Shown piece by piece: positions 39,207 through 48,437 of a stretch of DNA of 64,000 nucleotides. The stretch comes from a virus. The notes below the pieces were generated by a model that searched no databases, was not told the origin of the DNA, and saw only the letters and a list, made by a program, of their open reading frames with translations. The position numbers and the translations under genes are program-made. How positions within the stretch are numbered: position 1 is the stretch's first letter; each line of letters begins with the position of its first letter. Location: positions 10,923 to 74,922 of the IMG/VR virus record IMGVR_UViG_3300028197_000982; one strand, given 5' to 3'.

Positions 39207-39872
39207 TTGATTTACACAGGTATAGATTTTTCTCTTAATAGTCCAGGTACATGTACACAGGACCATAAAGGTAAATACACGTTTATTACATTCTTTAATT
39301 ACGGTAATAGAATATGGGATGAAGAAGGTAGAAAGATACCTAAGTCATTTTCGGTTCATAAAGAATTAATGGACAATAAAACAATATTAGGGTTTCCTTA
39401 TTATAGACAAGTAAAGGATAAGGACTTTTTACTTAGGGAAAGAGAAAAACTCACAGATGGCCAAAACATAGCCGACTTAATTTCAAATATTTTAATAACA
39501 TTATATGGAACCGATGAGCATAAGATTGCATTAGAAGGATTTTCTTATGGATCAAAAGGAAACTCATTCATAGATATTGTTCAGTATAATACATTTTTAA
39601 GAAATGAAATAGTTAATGCATGGGGTGTAGAAAATATTTCAATTTATCAACCGTCACATGTTAAGAAATTGGCAGGTAAAGGTAATGCAAATAAACATTA
39701 TATGGTAAAGGCGTTCCAAGACGATGTTTTTAACGATAAAGATTTAAGGAAAACAGATTTATGGAAATGGACTCAAGGTAAAGACTTTACAGAAAAGATT
39801 CCTAAACCGATAGATGACTTAGTAGATGCGTACTTTATATTAAATGCGAATAAAGAAAAAGGGTGGTCATAG
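39207..39872 (+). CDS. ruvC: RuvC-like Holliday junction resolvase
   Basis: GIDFSLNSPG, IALEGFSYGS, PSHVKKLAGKGNANK and DDLVDAYFI catalytic motifs; TTG start. Confidence 0.8.
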   Translation: MIYTGIDFSLNSPGTCTQDHKGKYTFITFFNYGNRIWDEEGRKIPKSFSVHKELMDNKTILGFPYYRQVKDKDFLLREREKLTDGQNIADLISNILITLYGTDEHKIALEGFSYGSKGNSFIDIVQYNTFLRNEIVNAWGVENISIYQPSHVKKLAGKGNANKHYMVKAFQDDVFNDKDLRKTDLWKWTQGKDFTEKIPKPIDDLVDAYFILNANKEKGWS

Positions 39873-39879
39873 AAATACT

Positions 39880-39936
39880 TTATACATTAAAACCACTAAA
39901 TACTTTAAGTCTAGTAATTACATACTTCTCTTTCAT
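39880..39936 (-). CDS. Candidate 18-aa small ORF MKEKYVITRLKVFSGFNV
   Basis: Fills the ruvC-groES gap downstream of a minus-strand copy of the gp32 promoter motif. Confidence 0.3.
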   Translation of the reverse strand: MKEKYVITRLKVFSGFNV

Positions 39937-39949
39937 TAATTTAGTATAT

Positions 39950-39980
39950 TTTATATATAGAGTTTAGAAATTAGTTTCAG
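39950..39980 (-). promoter_or_regulatory. Minus-strand bipartite promoter CTGAAACTAA-N12-ATATATAA
   Basis: Same elements and spacing as the plus-strand motif at 40270-40299. Confidence 0.55.
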
Positions 39981-39986
39981 ATAATT

Positions 39987-40253
39987 ATGATAAAAGCAAT
40001 AAAAAATAGAATATTTATTAAAAAAGATGAACTACCTGAGAAAATAGGTAACATTTATGTACCAAAAACCGAAGGGCAGTATGCTCCTCCTTACTCAGGA
40101 ACTATCATTTCCGTTGGTGGTGACATAGAAGATACTGATTATAAAGTAGGCTCCCGAGTACTATTTCATGATTTAGCAGGAACTGAGTTTAAGTATAATG
40201 ATGATACTATATTCAGTATTAGAGAAAATGATGTAACTGCTATTTTACAATAA
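39987..40253 (+). CDS. groES: Co-chaperonin GroES (T4 gp31 analogue)
   Basis: IKAIKNRIFIK...GNIYVP...GTIISVG...KVGSRVLF...G.EFKY...IRENDVTAIL. Confidence 0.9.
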   Translation: MIKAIKNRIFIKKDELPEKIGNIYVPKTEGQYAPPYSGTIISVGGDIEDTDYKVGSRVLFHDLAGTEFKYNDDTIFSIRENDVTAILQ

Positions 40254-40270
40254 AAAAGTTTTATTTAGTC

Positions 40271-40300
40271 TGAAACTAAATAGAGATATGAATATATAAT
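40271..40300 (+). promoter_or_regulatory. Bipartite promoter TGAAAC-N18-TATAAT (overlapping AATATATA) for the gp32 leader
   Basis: TGAAAC 40271-76, TATAAT 40295-300. Confidence 0.6.
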
Positions 40301-40336
40301 AAACAAAGGAACTGATATTATTGGTGACTTTTAAAT

Positions 40337-40456
40337 GGCATATAACAAGGCAAAGTATATTGGCAATACCCGGGCAAATTAAAAATAGGCAATGCTTTGT
40401 TATGGCTTTAATTAAATAAATAACAAACAAATAAAAAAGGCAAATTAAAATGGCAA
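40337..40456 (+). promoter_or_regulatory. Structured gp32 mRNA leader with repeated GGCA(A) motifs
   Basis: GGCA at 40337, 40349, 40362, 40373, 40388, 40439 and 40452; 11-bp stem 40342-52 / 40393-403. Confidence 0.55.
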
Positions 40457-41367
40457 ATGAATTCGACATTTTCAGTGTTAGCGTCAAGGACCTAGACACT
40501 GGAGACAGACCGCAAACAACAAGCGATCTTTACACACCAAAACCTGATCAAGGTTCAGACGGTACTTACCGTTCACTAATTAGGTTTCTACCTAATGTTA
40601 AAAATCCACGCAAACCTTTCGTTCGTAAATATGTCTACTGGTTAGAAGACAGAGATGGGAACGGCTTTTACGTAGACTCACCTTCAACAGTTGGAGATAA
40701 ATGTTCTGTACAGGATATGTTCTTTAAACTTAGAAATTCTGAATCTGCTGTAGACAAAAAGATGTCAGAAGGGCTAAAGCGTAGAGAAGTATTTTATGCA
40801 TTAGTACAGATCGTAAAAGATCCACAAAACAGAGATCTTGAAGGTCAGGTTAAAATCATGAAATTTGGTTATAAAATTAAAACCAAAATTGATGAGGAAT
40901 TAAATCCACAGTTTGATGAACCAACTCAAGTATTCGATCCTTTTGAAGGAAAGAATTTTGAATTAGTAATTTCAAAGAAAGGTGGTTATCCTAACTATGA
41001 TTCTTGTAAATTTCAAGGAAGTAAATCGGCAATGACGATTAACGAAGAAGCGGTAACTGCTGATGATGCAGGTAGAACTGCTATTCTTGATTTTATTAAA
41101 GATGCTCCAGAGTTAAGTAATTTTGATTATAGACCATGGACTGATGATCAAAGAACTAAAGTAATGGGTGTTCTTTCACAATTCAGTAATCCAGGATCTT
41201 CAATAGAAACTGTAACAAGAAAGCAATCTGCACCTGAACCTGTAAAAGCTGAAGCCGCTGCAACTAAAGTAACGGAAACCGCAACAGCACCAGTAACAGA
41301 AACCAAAACCGAAGATTCTTCTAAGGGAGATGATTTCGATGATTTTATTAATGGATTAGACCTTTAA
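40450..41367 (+). CDS. gp32: Single-stranded DNA-binding protein (T4 gp32-like)
   Basis: LIRFLP, LVQIVKDP...EGQVKIMKFG.KI..KI, VFDPFEGKNF, GYPNYDSCKF and acidic tail DDFDDFINGLDL. Confidence 0.92.
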   Translation: MANEFDIFSVSVKDLDTGDRPQTTSDLYTPKPDQGSDGTYRSLIRFLPNVKNPRKPFVRKYVYWLEDRDGNGFYVDSPSTVGDKCSVQDMFFKLRNSESAVDKKMSEGLKRREVFYALVQIVKDPQNRDLEGQVKIMKFGYKIKTKIDEELNPQFDEPTQVFDPFEGKNFELVISKKGGYPNYDSCKFQGSKSAMTINEEAVTADDAGRTAILDFIKDAPELSNFDYRPWTDDQRTKVMGVLSQFSNPGSSIETVTRKQSAPEPVKAEAAATKVTETATAPVTETKTEDSSKGDDFDDFINGLDL

Positions 41368-41371
41368 TAAT

Positions 41372-42445
41372 ATGGGAACGGAAGTAGTAATATCTTCTGA
41401 AATGAAAGCTCGGATCATCGATAAGGTGGTCCGAGTTCTTCACCTTAACCATTCTCATCCAGAAAAAAGGAGAATGTTGGAAAGTAAGGAAAGGTTAAAT
41501 TTTGCATGCCCTTACTGTGGAGATTCAACAGATTCAGTAAGAAAGAAAAGAGGTAATCTTTATTGGAATAATTTACATTTTCATTGTTACAATTGCTCCG
41601 CGCATGAAAGCTTAGATGTTTTCTTAAAAGATCATAATTTAAATTTTGAAGGTGAAGATAGAATTGATGTTCTTAATTACATAAAAGATAACAGTAAAAA
41701 CTTTTCATTAGGTGAAAGCTTAGAGTTTCATTTATTTGAAAAAGCTAACAATCTTGCATTATCTTTTGATGAAATTGCATTAGGTTTTAATGTGTATCCA
41801 ATAAACTCTTTAACTTATAGGGCATATCCATATTTAAAAAGTAGGCTATTGCATCATAAGACTGAAAAGTTTGGATATGATCCAAGACGAAAAGAACTTT
41901 ATGTCTTTAATTTAAACGGTAAAGAAAAAATTGTAGGATTCCAAGTTAGGGCATTAGATGATAACGGTGGCCCTAAATATAAAACATGGAATATAGAAAG
42001 GATATATGATAGATTAAAAAAACCTTTAAATGTAACCGAAGAAGAATTAGATTCTCTAAATAAAATATCAATGATTTTCGGTATACTTACAACCGATTTA
42101 AGCAGGCAGTTTACAGTGTTTGAAGGTCCTATAGATTCTTTCTTTATGACAAATACAATTGGTCTTACTGGTGTTAAAAAACAAATATTAGATTTTGATG
42201 AAATTCCAACGGTTAGGTATTTCTTTGATAATGACATGGAGGGAAAATCTAAAATGATCCAAAAACTAAAAGGCGGTAATACTGTTTTTATGTGGGATAA
42301 GTTTTTAAAAGATTTTAGAATACCTTCTAAAAAAGTAAAAGATTTAAACGATTTAGTTATGTACGAATACAAGCATAGGACTGGGTGTTTAAATGAGTTG
42401 GATAAATATTTTACAAACAATCATTTAGATCTTATATTTATATGA
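41372..42445 (+). CDS. gp61: DNA primase (T4 gp61-like)
   Basis: Zn finger NFACPYCGDS...RG...FHCYNC; Toprim VFEGPIDSFF, FFDND and KDLND. Confidence 0.9.
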   Translation: MGTEVVISSEMKARIIDKVVRVLHLNHSHPEKRRMLESKERLNFACPYCGDSTDSVRKKRGNLYWNNLHFHCYNCSAHESLDVFLKDHNLNFEGEDRIDVLNYIKDNSKNFSLGESLEFHLFEKANNLALSFDEIALGFNVYPINSLTYRAYPYLKSRLLHHKTEKFGYDPRRKELYVFNLNGKEKIVGFQVRALDDNGGPKYKTWNIERIYDRLKKPLNVTEEELDSLNKISMIFGILTTDLSRQFTVFEGPIDSFFMTNTIGLTGVKKQILDFDEIPTVRYFFDNDMEGKSKMIQKLKGGNTVFMWDKFLKDFRIPSKKVKDLNDLVMYEYKHRTGCLNELDKYFTNNHLDLIFI

Positions 42446-42660
42446 TAAAAAATTATAATGATTTTGTGACTGAACAATTTGATGATTTTTATGATGATTT
42501 AGAAACTTCTAAGAAAAAACTTAAATTATTTACTAAGTTTAAAAAGATTGAGACTAATGATGTAACTAGTAATTTTTCTTTACCTCAACCTAAAAAGAAA
42601 TTTCAACCTAAGATTAAGAATTATAAAAAGAGTAGTAATAATAATAAAGGAATATTTTAA
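42442..42660 (+). CDS. Small basic protein with CTS-like leader
   Basis: MIKNYNDFVTE leader; overlaps both neighbours. Confidence 0.65.
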   Translation: MIKNYNDFVTEQFDDFYDDLETSKKKLKLFTKFKKIETNDVTSNFSLPQPKKKFQPKIKNYKKSSNNNKGIF

Positions 42661-43109
42661 TGGCATTTGACGATACACAAATAAAAGAAGCTAACGAACA
42701 GTTAGAAATTAGACTAGGATCTGATAGAACCGATTGGAAAGGAAAAATTAAAGATCTTGTTTCTAAGCTAAAAAATATGAATGAGCTAGCCGAATGCCAA
42801 GTAAGAATGTTATCATATCGGCAAATTCTTTTAGATAAAGTAACTGATTTTAAAACTACTATATATAAAAGGAATGCTACTTGGGATAGGTACTATAAGC
42901 AACAATATCGGGAGTATTCAATTAACTATGATGTTAAATTAACAAACGGAGAAAAGCATCAATTTATAAAAGCTGACCTTTCTTCGTTAAGACAACAAAT
43001 TGATATGTTACAATCTCATATAGATTATTATTATGAATGTATTAAGACTTTAGATAATATGGCATTTGCAATAAGAAATCGAATAAACTTAGATGACAAG
43101 GAATTTTAA
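42660..43109 (+). CDS. uvsY: Recombination mediator UvsY-like
   Basis: Helical 149 aa directly upstream of uvsW; KL...EK..FIKADL...IDYYYECIKTLDNMAFAIRNRI. Confidence 0.75.
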   Translation: MAFDDTQIKEANEQLEIRLGSDRTDWKGKIKDLVSKLKNMNELAECQVRMLSYRQILLDKVTDFKTTIYKRNATWDRYYKQQYREYSINYDVKLTNGEKHQFIKADLSSLRQQIDMLQSHIDYYYECIKTLDNMAFAIRNRINLDDKEF

Positions 43110-44611
43110 TGGAATTATCTCTTTCTGAAAATAAAAAGTTTTTAGTAATTGATTCATGTACCGAATTGGAATATGAACAGTTAAAATCTAGTCTTACTAA
43201 GAAAATAGAAGGGTGGCGATTCCATCCCCTAGTAAAGAAAAAGGTATGGGATGGAAATATTTCATTTATTAAAAGAAATAAAATTCCTGCAGGATTATGG
43301 AAAGAAGTAATAGATATATGTAAACAATATGATTATCAATTTACATTAAATGGAATAACTGATATTTTTGATACTTCAATAGATGAAGGTGTATTTAGGT
43401 TATGGGTAGATGAATTCTTTTGTAACTCCGAGATTAAGCCTCGTGATTATCAGATAAATGCTGCAATTAAAATTTTAAAATATAGGAGATGTTTAGCAGA
43501 GTTGGCAACTTCCGCCGGTAAAACACTAATCTCATTTATGGTAGTAGCTTACATGATGGAGCAATTAGGAAAGAAGAAAATTTTAATGATCGTACCTAAT
43601 GTAAGTTTAGTAGTTCAGGCAAGTGGAGATTTTGAAGAATATAATAAAGGCAGGGTACCTATTAAGATTCAACAAATTTATGCAGGTGTTAAATTAAGAA
43701 AGAGTTCTAATATGGTTATTGGTACTTATCAATCATTAACTAAAAAAGATGAAAAATACTTTAGTCAATTTGATGCCGTTTTTGTTGATGAAACTCACAA
43801 AGCAAAAGCTAATTCAATTCAAAAGATAATGGATAAATGTTGGCATTGTGATTATAGATTTGGGTTAAGTGGAACTATTCCTAAAAGAGGAACGGTGAAT
43901 AGGTTAAGTCTAATGTCTGCAATGGGTCCTTTAGTAACCCAAGTAAAGGCTTCACATTTACAAGAAGAAGGGTTTATAGCAAAATGTAAAGTATTACAGA
44001 TCCACATGGACTATGCAACCGATGCACAGAAGGAGGCATTCTCGTCTTTGTCTAAAAACCCATATGATAAACAAAAATTATTTAGCTTAGAACAAAATTT
44101 TATTAATGAAAGTGAAAAAAGACTAGATTTTGTTTGCCAAGTAATAAAAAAATCCACATCTAATTCATTAGTGTTATTTCATAAAATTGCATACGGTGAA
44201 AAATTATATAAAAAACTTAGAACAATAACAGATAAGAAAGTATATTATGTAGATGGTTCTGTTAAGTCTGATTTTAGAGAAGAGTTTAAAAAGAGAATGG
44301 AAAAGAATGATGATGTTATAATAGTAGCCTCATACGGTACTTTTTCTACAGGTATATCAATTAAAAATATTCATAACATATTTTTTACAGAAAGTTTTAA
44401 ATCTGAGGTGATTATTAGACAATCTATCGGTAGAGGATTACGAACACACAAAAATAAAGATGTTGTAAAAATATATGACTTTATTGACGATTTTAGATAT
44501 AAAGCAGAAGAGCATGACTGGGTAAATTATATTTATAGGCATGGAATGGAGAGAAGAAAAATTTATAAAGAGGAAAAGTTTCCTTTTGATGTACAAAACG
44601 TCAGATACTAA
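43109..44611 (+). CDS. uvsW: SF2 DNA helicase UvsW
   Basis: WDGNI, PRDYQ, ATSAGKT, DETH, GLSGT, ASYGTFSTGISIKNIHN and QSIGRGLR. Confidence 0.95.
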   Translation: MELSLSENKKFLVIDSCTELEYEQLKSSLTKKIEGWRFHPLVKKKVWDGNISFIKRNKIPAGLWKEVIDICKQYDYQFTLNGITDIFDTSIDEGVFRLWVDEFFCNSEIKPRDYQINAAIKILKYRRCLAELATSAGKTLISFMVVAYMMEQLGKKKILMIVPNVSLVVQASGDFEEYNKGRVPIKIQQIYAGVKLRKSSNMVIGTYQSLTKKDEKYFSQFDAVFVDETHKAKANSIQKIMDKCWHCDYRFGLSGTIPKRGTVNRLSLMSAMGPLVTQVKASHLQEEGFIAKCKVLQIHMDYATDAQKEAFSSLSKNPYDKQKLFSLEQNFINESEKRLDFVCQVIKKSTSNSLVLFHKIAYGEKLYKKLRTITDKKVYYVDGSVKSDFREEFKKRMEKNDDVIIVASYGTFSTGISIKNIHNIFFTESFKSEVIIRQSIGRGLRTHKNKDVVKIYDFIDDFRYKAEEHDWVNYIYRHGMERRKIYKEEKFPFDVQNVRY

Positions 44612-44674
44612 TATAGAATATCTTTCTCATGAGAGATGGATATATAAAAAAAGAATCAAAAAAAGATAATTATA

Positions 44675-46198
44675 ATGAAACCAATTAAAAAGTTTTCAAT
44701 GATGACTAAAGCCGAAGATTCAATTAATGAATCGGCAGATGTTAATCACGATGCAGTAATGGATCTCGTTAAAAAGATGGGTTACGATAGCGTTGACGAA
44801 TTAAAGAAAGAAAAAAATCTATTAAGTAAATTAGAAGGTTTACTAAAAGATGTTTCCCCAAAACAAGATATATCTGAAGATGAGCTAGAAGAAGATCGTG
44901 CCGAAGATATAGCCGACGAGGTTAAGAAAAAAGGTACTCCTAAATCTTTAGAAGCCGAAGAAGAAAAAGAAGAAGATAAAGTTGGTGCAGAAGGCGAAGT
45001 CGCTGAAGACGAGGAAATGGAAGATGATGATTTAGTTACTAAAGATCAAGAAATTACTAAAGAAGTTCCTGCTGAAGCTGATGAAGTAGAAGATGAAGAT
45101 GGTGTTGAGGTTGCTGCTGAGGAAGAAGAAACTCCAGCTGCTACTCGAAGAATTATGGCATTTGAAGATTTCATTAAAGAAAAAGAAGTTACAATAAATA
45201 AGAATGTCAAATATCACGATGATGATGAAGAGAAAGAAGACTACTCTGTTGTTGCTGCATCTGCCGATGCTATTTCTGAAGATGATGAAGAAGAAGGCAA
45301 GGATGATGAAAAGAAAGGTGATGAGTTAGAAGATAAAGGAGATAAGAAAGTTGATTCTGAAGACGATAAAGAAAAGGAAGATCATTACAAAGGTGCTGTT
45401 AAATCTGATGACTCTGAAATTGACGCATTAAAGAAAGATGTTAAATACGATAAAGAAGAAGAAGATGATGATGATGACGATGACGATAAGAATGAATCAA
45501 GAATTATGTCATTCTCAAACTTCGTAACAGAAGCTTATGATGTAGATGAAGACAGAGCTGATGATATTGAGGACGAACTTAAAAAGAAAGGTACTCCTAA
45601 ATCTTTAGAAGACGAAAAAGATGAATCCGTTGAAGAAGGTGTTGGTGAAGTAATTACTAAAGTAGAAGGTGATGAAATTGCTGATGAAGAAGCAGGTGAT
45701 GATGGTCTTGCTATTCCTGCAGAAAAAGGTGACGGTTCTGAAACTGCTGCTGGTATCGCTGGAGATATAATGGATATGGGTAAAGTAAAAGTTCAACCTG
45801 AATCAAAAGGTGAAGAATTAGTTACTAAAGACCAAAACGTTACAACTGAAGTAAAAGGTGAAGCTGACGATCTTAAGGATGCTACTGAAGTTCCTGCAGA
45901 AATGGGCGATGGTTCTGAATCTGCCGCAGGTATTGCTGGAGACATAATGAATATGGGTAAAGTAAAAGCTCAGCCTGAAGCAAAAGGTGCTGCACTAGTT
46001 GGAGAAGCTAAGATTAATGAAAAGGATATTACTTCTGCTGATGAATTTAAAGAATATGCAATGGCAATTCTAAAAGATGCATTCGGAGATGATTTTGATG
46101 AAACTAAAGCAACTGAAACTGCTGATGGTTTACTTAAGAAGTATGGTGAAGATTACGGCGCAATGGTCGGAGCTTTACAATCTACTATGGGATCATAA
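44675..46198 (+). CDS. Highly acidic, internally repeated putative prohead core / internal head protein
   Basis: D/E-rich; CTS-like motifs RIMAFEDFIKE and RIMSFSNFVTE; INE/ISE sites; GATATATA at 44639. Confidence 0.65.
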   Translation: MKPIKKFSMMTKAEDSINESADVNHDAVMDLVKKMGYDSVDELKKEKNLLSKLEGLLKDVSPKQDISEDELEEDRAEDIADEVKKKGTPKSLEAEEEKEEDKVGAEGEVAEDEEMEDDDLVTKDQEITKEVPAEADEVEDEDGVEVAAEEEETPAATRRIMAFEDFIKEKEVTINKNVKYHDDDEEKEDYSVVAASADAISEDDEEEGKDDEKKGDELEDKGDKKVDSEDDKEKEDHYKGAVKSDDSEIDALKKDVKYDKEEEDDDDDDDDKNESRIMSFSNFVTEAYDVDEDRADDIEDELKKKGTPKSLEDEKDESVEEGVGEVITKVEGDEIADEEAGDDGLAIPAEKGDGSETAAGIAGDIMDMGKVKVQPESKGEELVTKDQNVTTEVKGEADDLKDATEVPAEMGDGSESAAGIAGDIMNMGKVKAQPEAKGAALVGEAKINEKDITSADEFKEYAMAILKDAFGDDFDETKATETADGLLKKYGEDYGAMVGALQSTMGS

Positions 46199-46229
46199 CA
46201 AATCAATATAAATTATAAAAAACAAAATT

Positions 46230-46994
46230 ATGAAAACAATACTAAATTTTTCGGAATTTGTAAATGAAAATTTAAATGAAGAATCATTTTCTGATTTTAA
46301 CAAGTCTTCTGGTTTTAAAATGGATTCTAAAGCTAAAAGTACATTAAAAAAATTAAATGTAAATCCTACAAAGTTAAAGGATGCATTTGATGATTACAGT
46401 AAAATCATGAAATACTTAGATTCCAATGGTAAAAAGATTGGTACTGTATCAATACCTAACCCAGGAAGTAAATCAAATCCTGAATTTATGTATACTGTTT
46501 ATGATACTGATATGTATGGCAAAGTATTAACAGGCGATGGAGATTCAGTATTTATTGAAATGGTAAAGGAATCACTTAATGAAGGTGAATTTCCATCTTG
46601 GGTTGATAAAGGTAGAGTAGACTCTCTCAAAGATATGTTTGCTTATATTGGTGGTGATATTCAAAATGCTGATGGTTCAGAGCTAACAGTAGCTGATGTT
46701 AATAAAAATTACAAACCAGCTTTAAAATATCTAGGAGTAAGATCTATTGATGATATGGGTATGATTGCAAGTTCAATTGATAATGATGATATGTTTGATG
46801 GTGCTGATGCAATAGATAAACAAATGAAAAGTTCTAACTTTCTTGGAGATGATAGAGGAAAGGGAATGAATCCAACTCCATACACTGCTGCATATAAAGG
46901 AATGGTAGGAGATATGAAAGTAATTATAACTCAAGATATTAATGGAGAAAATACTTTTGTATTTGCTGCAACCAAAGGAGGAAAACTTAAATAA
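46230..46994 (+). CDS. Putative internal head protein
   Basis: MKTILNFSEFVNENLNE leader; internal SLNE splits the protein into two ~100-135-aa modules. Confidence 0.6.
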   Translation: MKTILNFSEFVNENLNEESFSDFNKSSGFKMDSKAKSTLKKLNVNPTKLKDAFDDYSKIMKYLDSNGKKIGTVSIPNPGSKSNPEFMYTVYDTDMYGKVLTGDGDSVFIEMVKESLNEGEFPSWVDKGRVDSLKDMFAYIGGDIQNADGSELTVADVNKNYKPALKYLGVRSIDDMGMIASSIDNDDMFDGADAIDKQMKSSNFLGDDRGKGMNPTPYTAAYKGMVGDMKVIITQDINGENTFVFAATKGGKLK

Positions 46995-46997
46995 AAC

Positions 46998-48269
46998 ATG
47001 AAACATATAAAATTGTTTGAAGAGTGGCTGACTGACAAAAGTCAGCCATTTTTGTTTGAAGGTGGTGCCGCTGGCCACATGGCTCACCCATTTGATGATA
47101 AGGATTTAACCTTTGGTGATTTTAAGGCAATGATAGATTCTGGTCTTAGAGGTGAATTAAACTTTGAAGAAGATGCTACTGAAAAGACTGATGGGCAAAA
47201 TGCATTTGCTACTATTCAAGACGGTGAAGTTAAATTTGCAAGAAACAAAACAGAGTTAAAGAATCCAATGACTCTTTCTGAATTTAAGAATAAATTTGAA
47301 GGGCATCCTAGTAAATTAGTACAAGATACTTTTCAATTTGCCGCACAAGATTTAGCTAGGTTACTAATGAACCTTTCACCAGCTGACCAAGAAAAGTATT
47401 TTAAGAATGGAAAAGACTTTATGAACATGGAGTTAATCTATTCACAAAACCCTAATGTTATTCATTATGATACAGACGTTATTCAATTTCATGGTATAAA
47501 GGAAACTGATGGAAATGGAAATATTACAGGTACTAATAATAAACCTGCAAAAGAAATTGCAGATATACTTAAAAAGGTTGAATCTGATATTGGTAAAACG
47601 TTTAAAATAATTCCACCTAGAGCTATCAAATTACAAAAGGATTTAGATTTTACTACAAACAAGAAAAGATTTATTAATCAAGTTAATGCTTTAGAAAAAA
47701 GATACGGTTTAACTGATAGTGATGAAGTTGCTAAATATCACGAAATGTGGTGGAGGGAAATGATAGACAAACAGTTTCCAAAATTATCACAGGATGTAAA
47801 AGAAGGCTTACTTAAGAGATGGGCGTATGGAGATAAGAAGAGTTTAAACATGAGATCTCTTGCTAAACAAATTGGACCTAAGGAGGCTGCGGTGGTTAAA
47901 AAGTTTGATAAAGAAGATGTTGCTAAAAAGTATAAAGAAAACATTAGACCTTTTGAAGATCTGTTCTTAGAACTAGGATCTGTAATTCTTAAAAATGCAT
48001 CTGACTTTTTAGCGGTTAACCCGTCCGATGAAGCACAAAGACTAAGATCTCAAATACAAACAGCAGGGAGCAAGATTAAAAAGACTGGCGGTGCTGACCA
48101 AGTAAGAAGAGTAGAAGCTGAATTAGCAAGGCTTGATAGAATTGGTGGAATAGAATCCATATTTCCAACCGAAGGGATAGTATTTAAATATAAAGGAAAA
48201 ATTTACAAACTTACCGGTACATTTGCTGCAATTAATCAGCTATTAGGTATCATTAAGTACGGTAGATAA
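46998..48269 (+). CDS. ATP-dependent RNA-ligase-fold nucleotidyltransferase (DUF6267-like)
   Basis: EGGAAGHMAHPFD, motif I TEKTDG, motif III NMELIY, motif IV EGIVF and motif V YKLTG; CTS-like leader MKHIKLFEEW. Confidence 0.7.
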   Translation: MKHIKLFEEWLTDKSQPFLFEGGAAGHMAHPFDDKDLTFGDFKAMIDSGLRGELNFEEDATEKTDGQNAFATIQDGEVKFARNKTELKNPMTLSEFKNKFEGHPSKLVQDTFQFAAQDLARLLMNLSPADQEKYFKNGKDFMNMELIYSQNPNVIHYDTDVIQFHGIKETDGNGNITGTNNKPAKEIADILKKVESDIGKTFKIIPPRAIKLQKDLDFTTNKKRFINQVNALEKRYGLTDSDEVAKYHEMWWREMIDKQFPKLSQDVKEGLLKRWAYGDKKSLNMRSLAKQIGPKEAAVVKKFDKEDVAKKYKENIRPFEDLFLELGSVILKNASDFLAVNPSDEAQRLRSQIQTAGSKIKKTGGADQVRRVEAELARLDRIGGIESIFPTEGIVFKYKGKIYKLTGTFAAINQLLGIIKYGR

Positions 48270-48356
48270 AATAGTAGATACACCTATATAGATCACCTGT
48301 ATTAAGAGTTAATATTTGTAGTATTTGTATATACTCTGAAAGTAGTAGAGTATGAT

Positions 48357-48386
48357 AAAGGATAGGTATGTGCTGTCCTTTTTTTT
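48357..48386 (+). terminator. Rho-independent terminator
   Basis: AAAGGATAG / CTGTCCTTT stem, 7-nt loop, run of 8 T (48379-86). Confidence 0.7.
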
Positions 48387-48437
48387 ATATAGCTATTTAA
48401 CTAAAGAATATATAAATTGACAATATAAAATAAGCAA

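Noticed and set aside
40245-40499. 84-aa minus-strand ORF over the gp32 leader
   Set aside because: Overlaps the gp32 start and groES stop, has atypical composition, and the region is better explained as promoter plus leader.
41899-42420. 173-aa minus-strand ORF, and other short antisense or alternate-frame ORFs inside long genes
   Set aside because: Fully nested in well-supported genes (here the primase), with no recognisable motifs or leaders.
44620-44637. ATCTTTC/GAGAGAT hairpin after uvsW as a terminator
   Set aside because: Weak stem with no downstream U-tract; not called.
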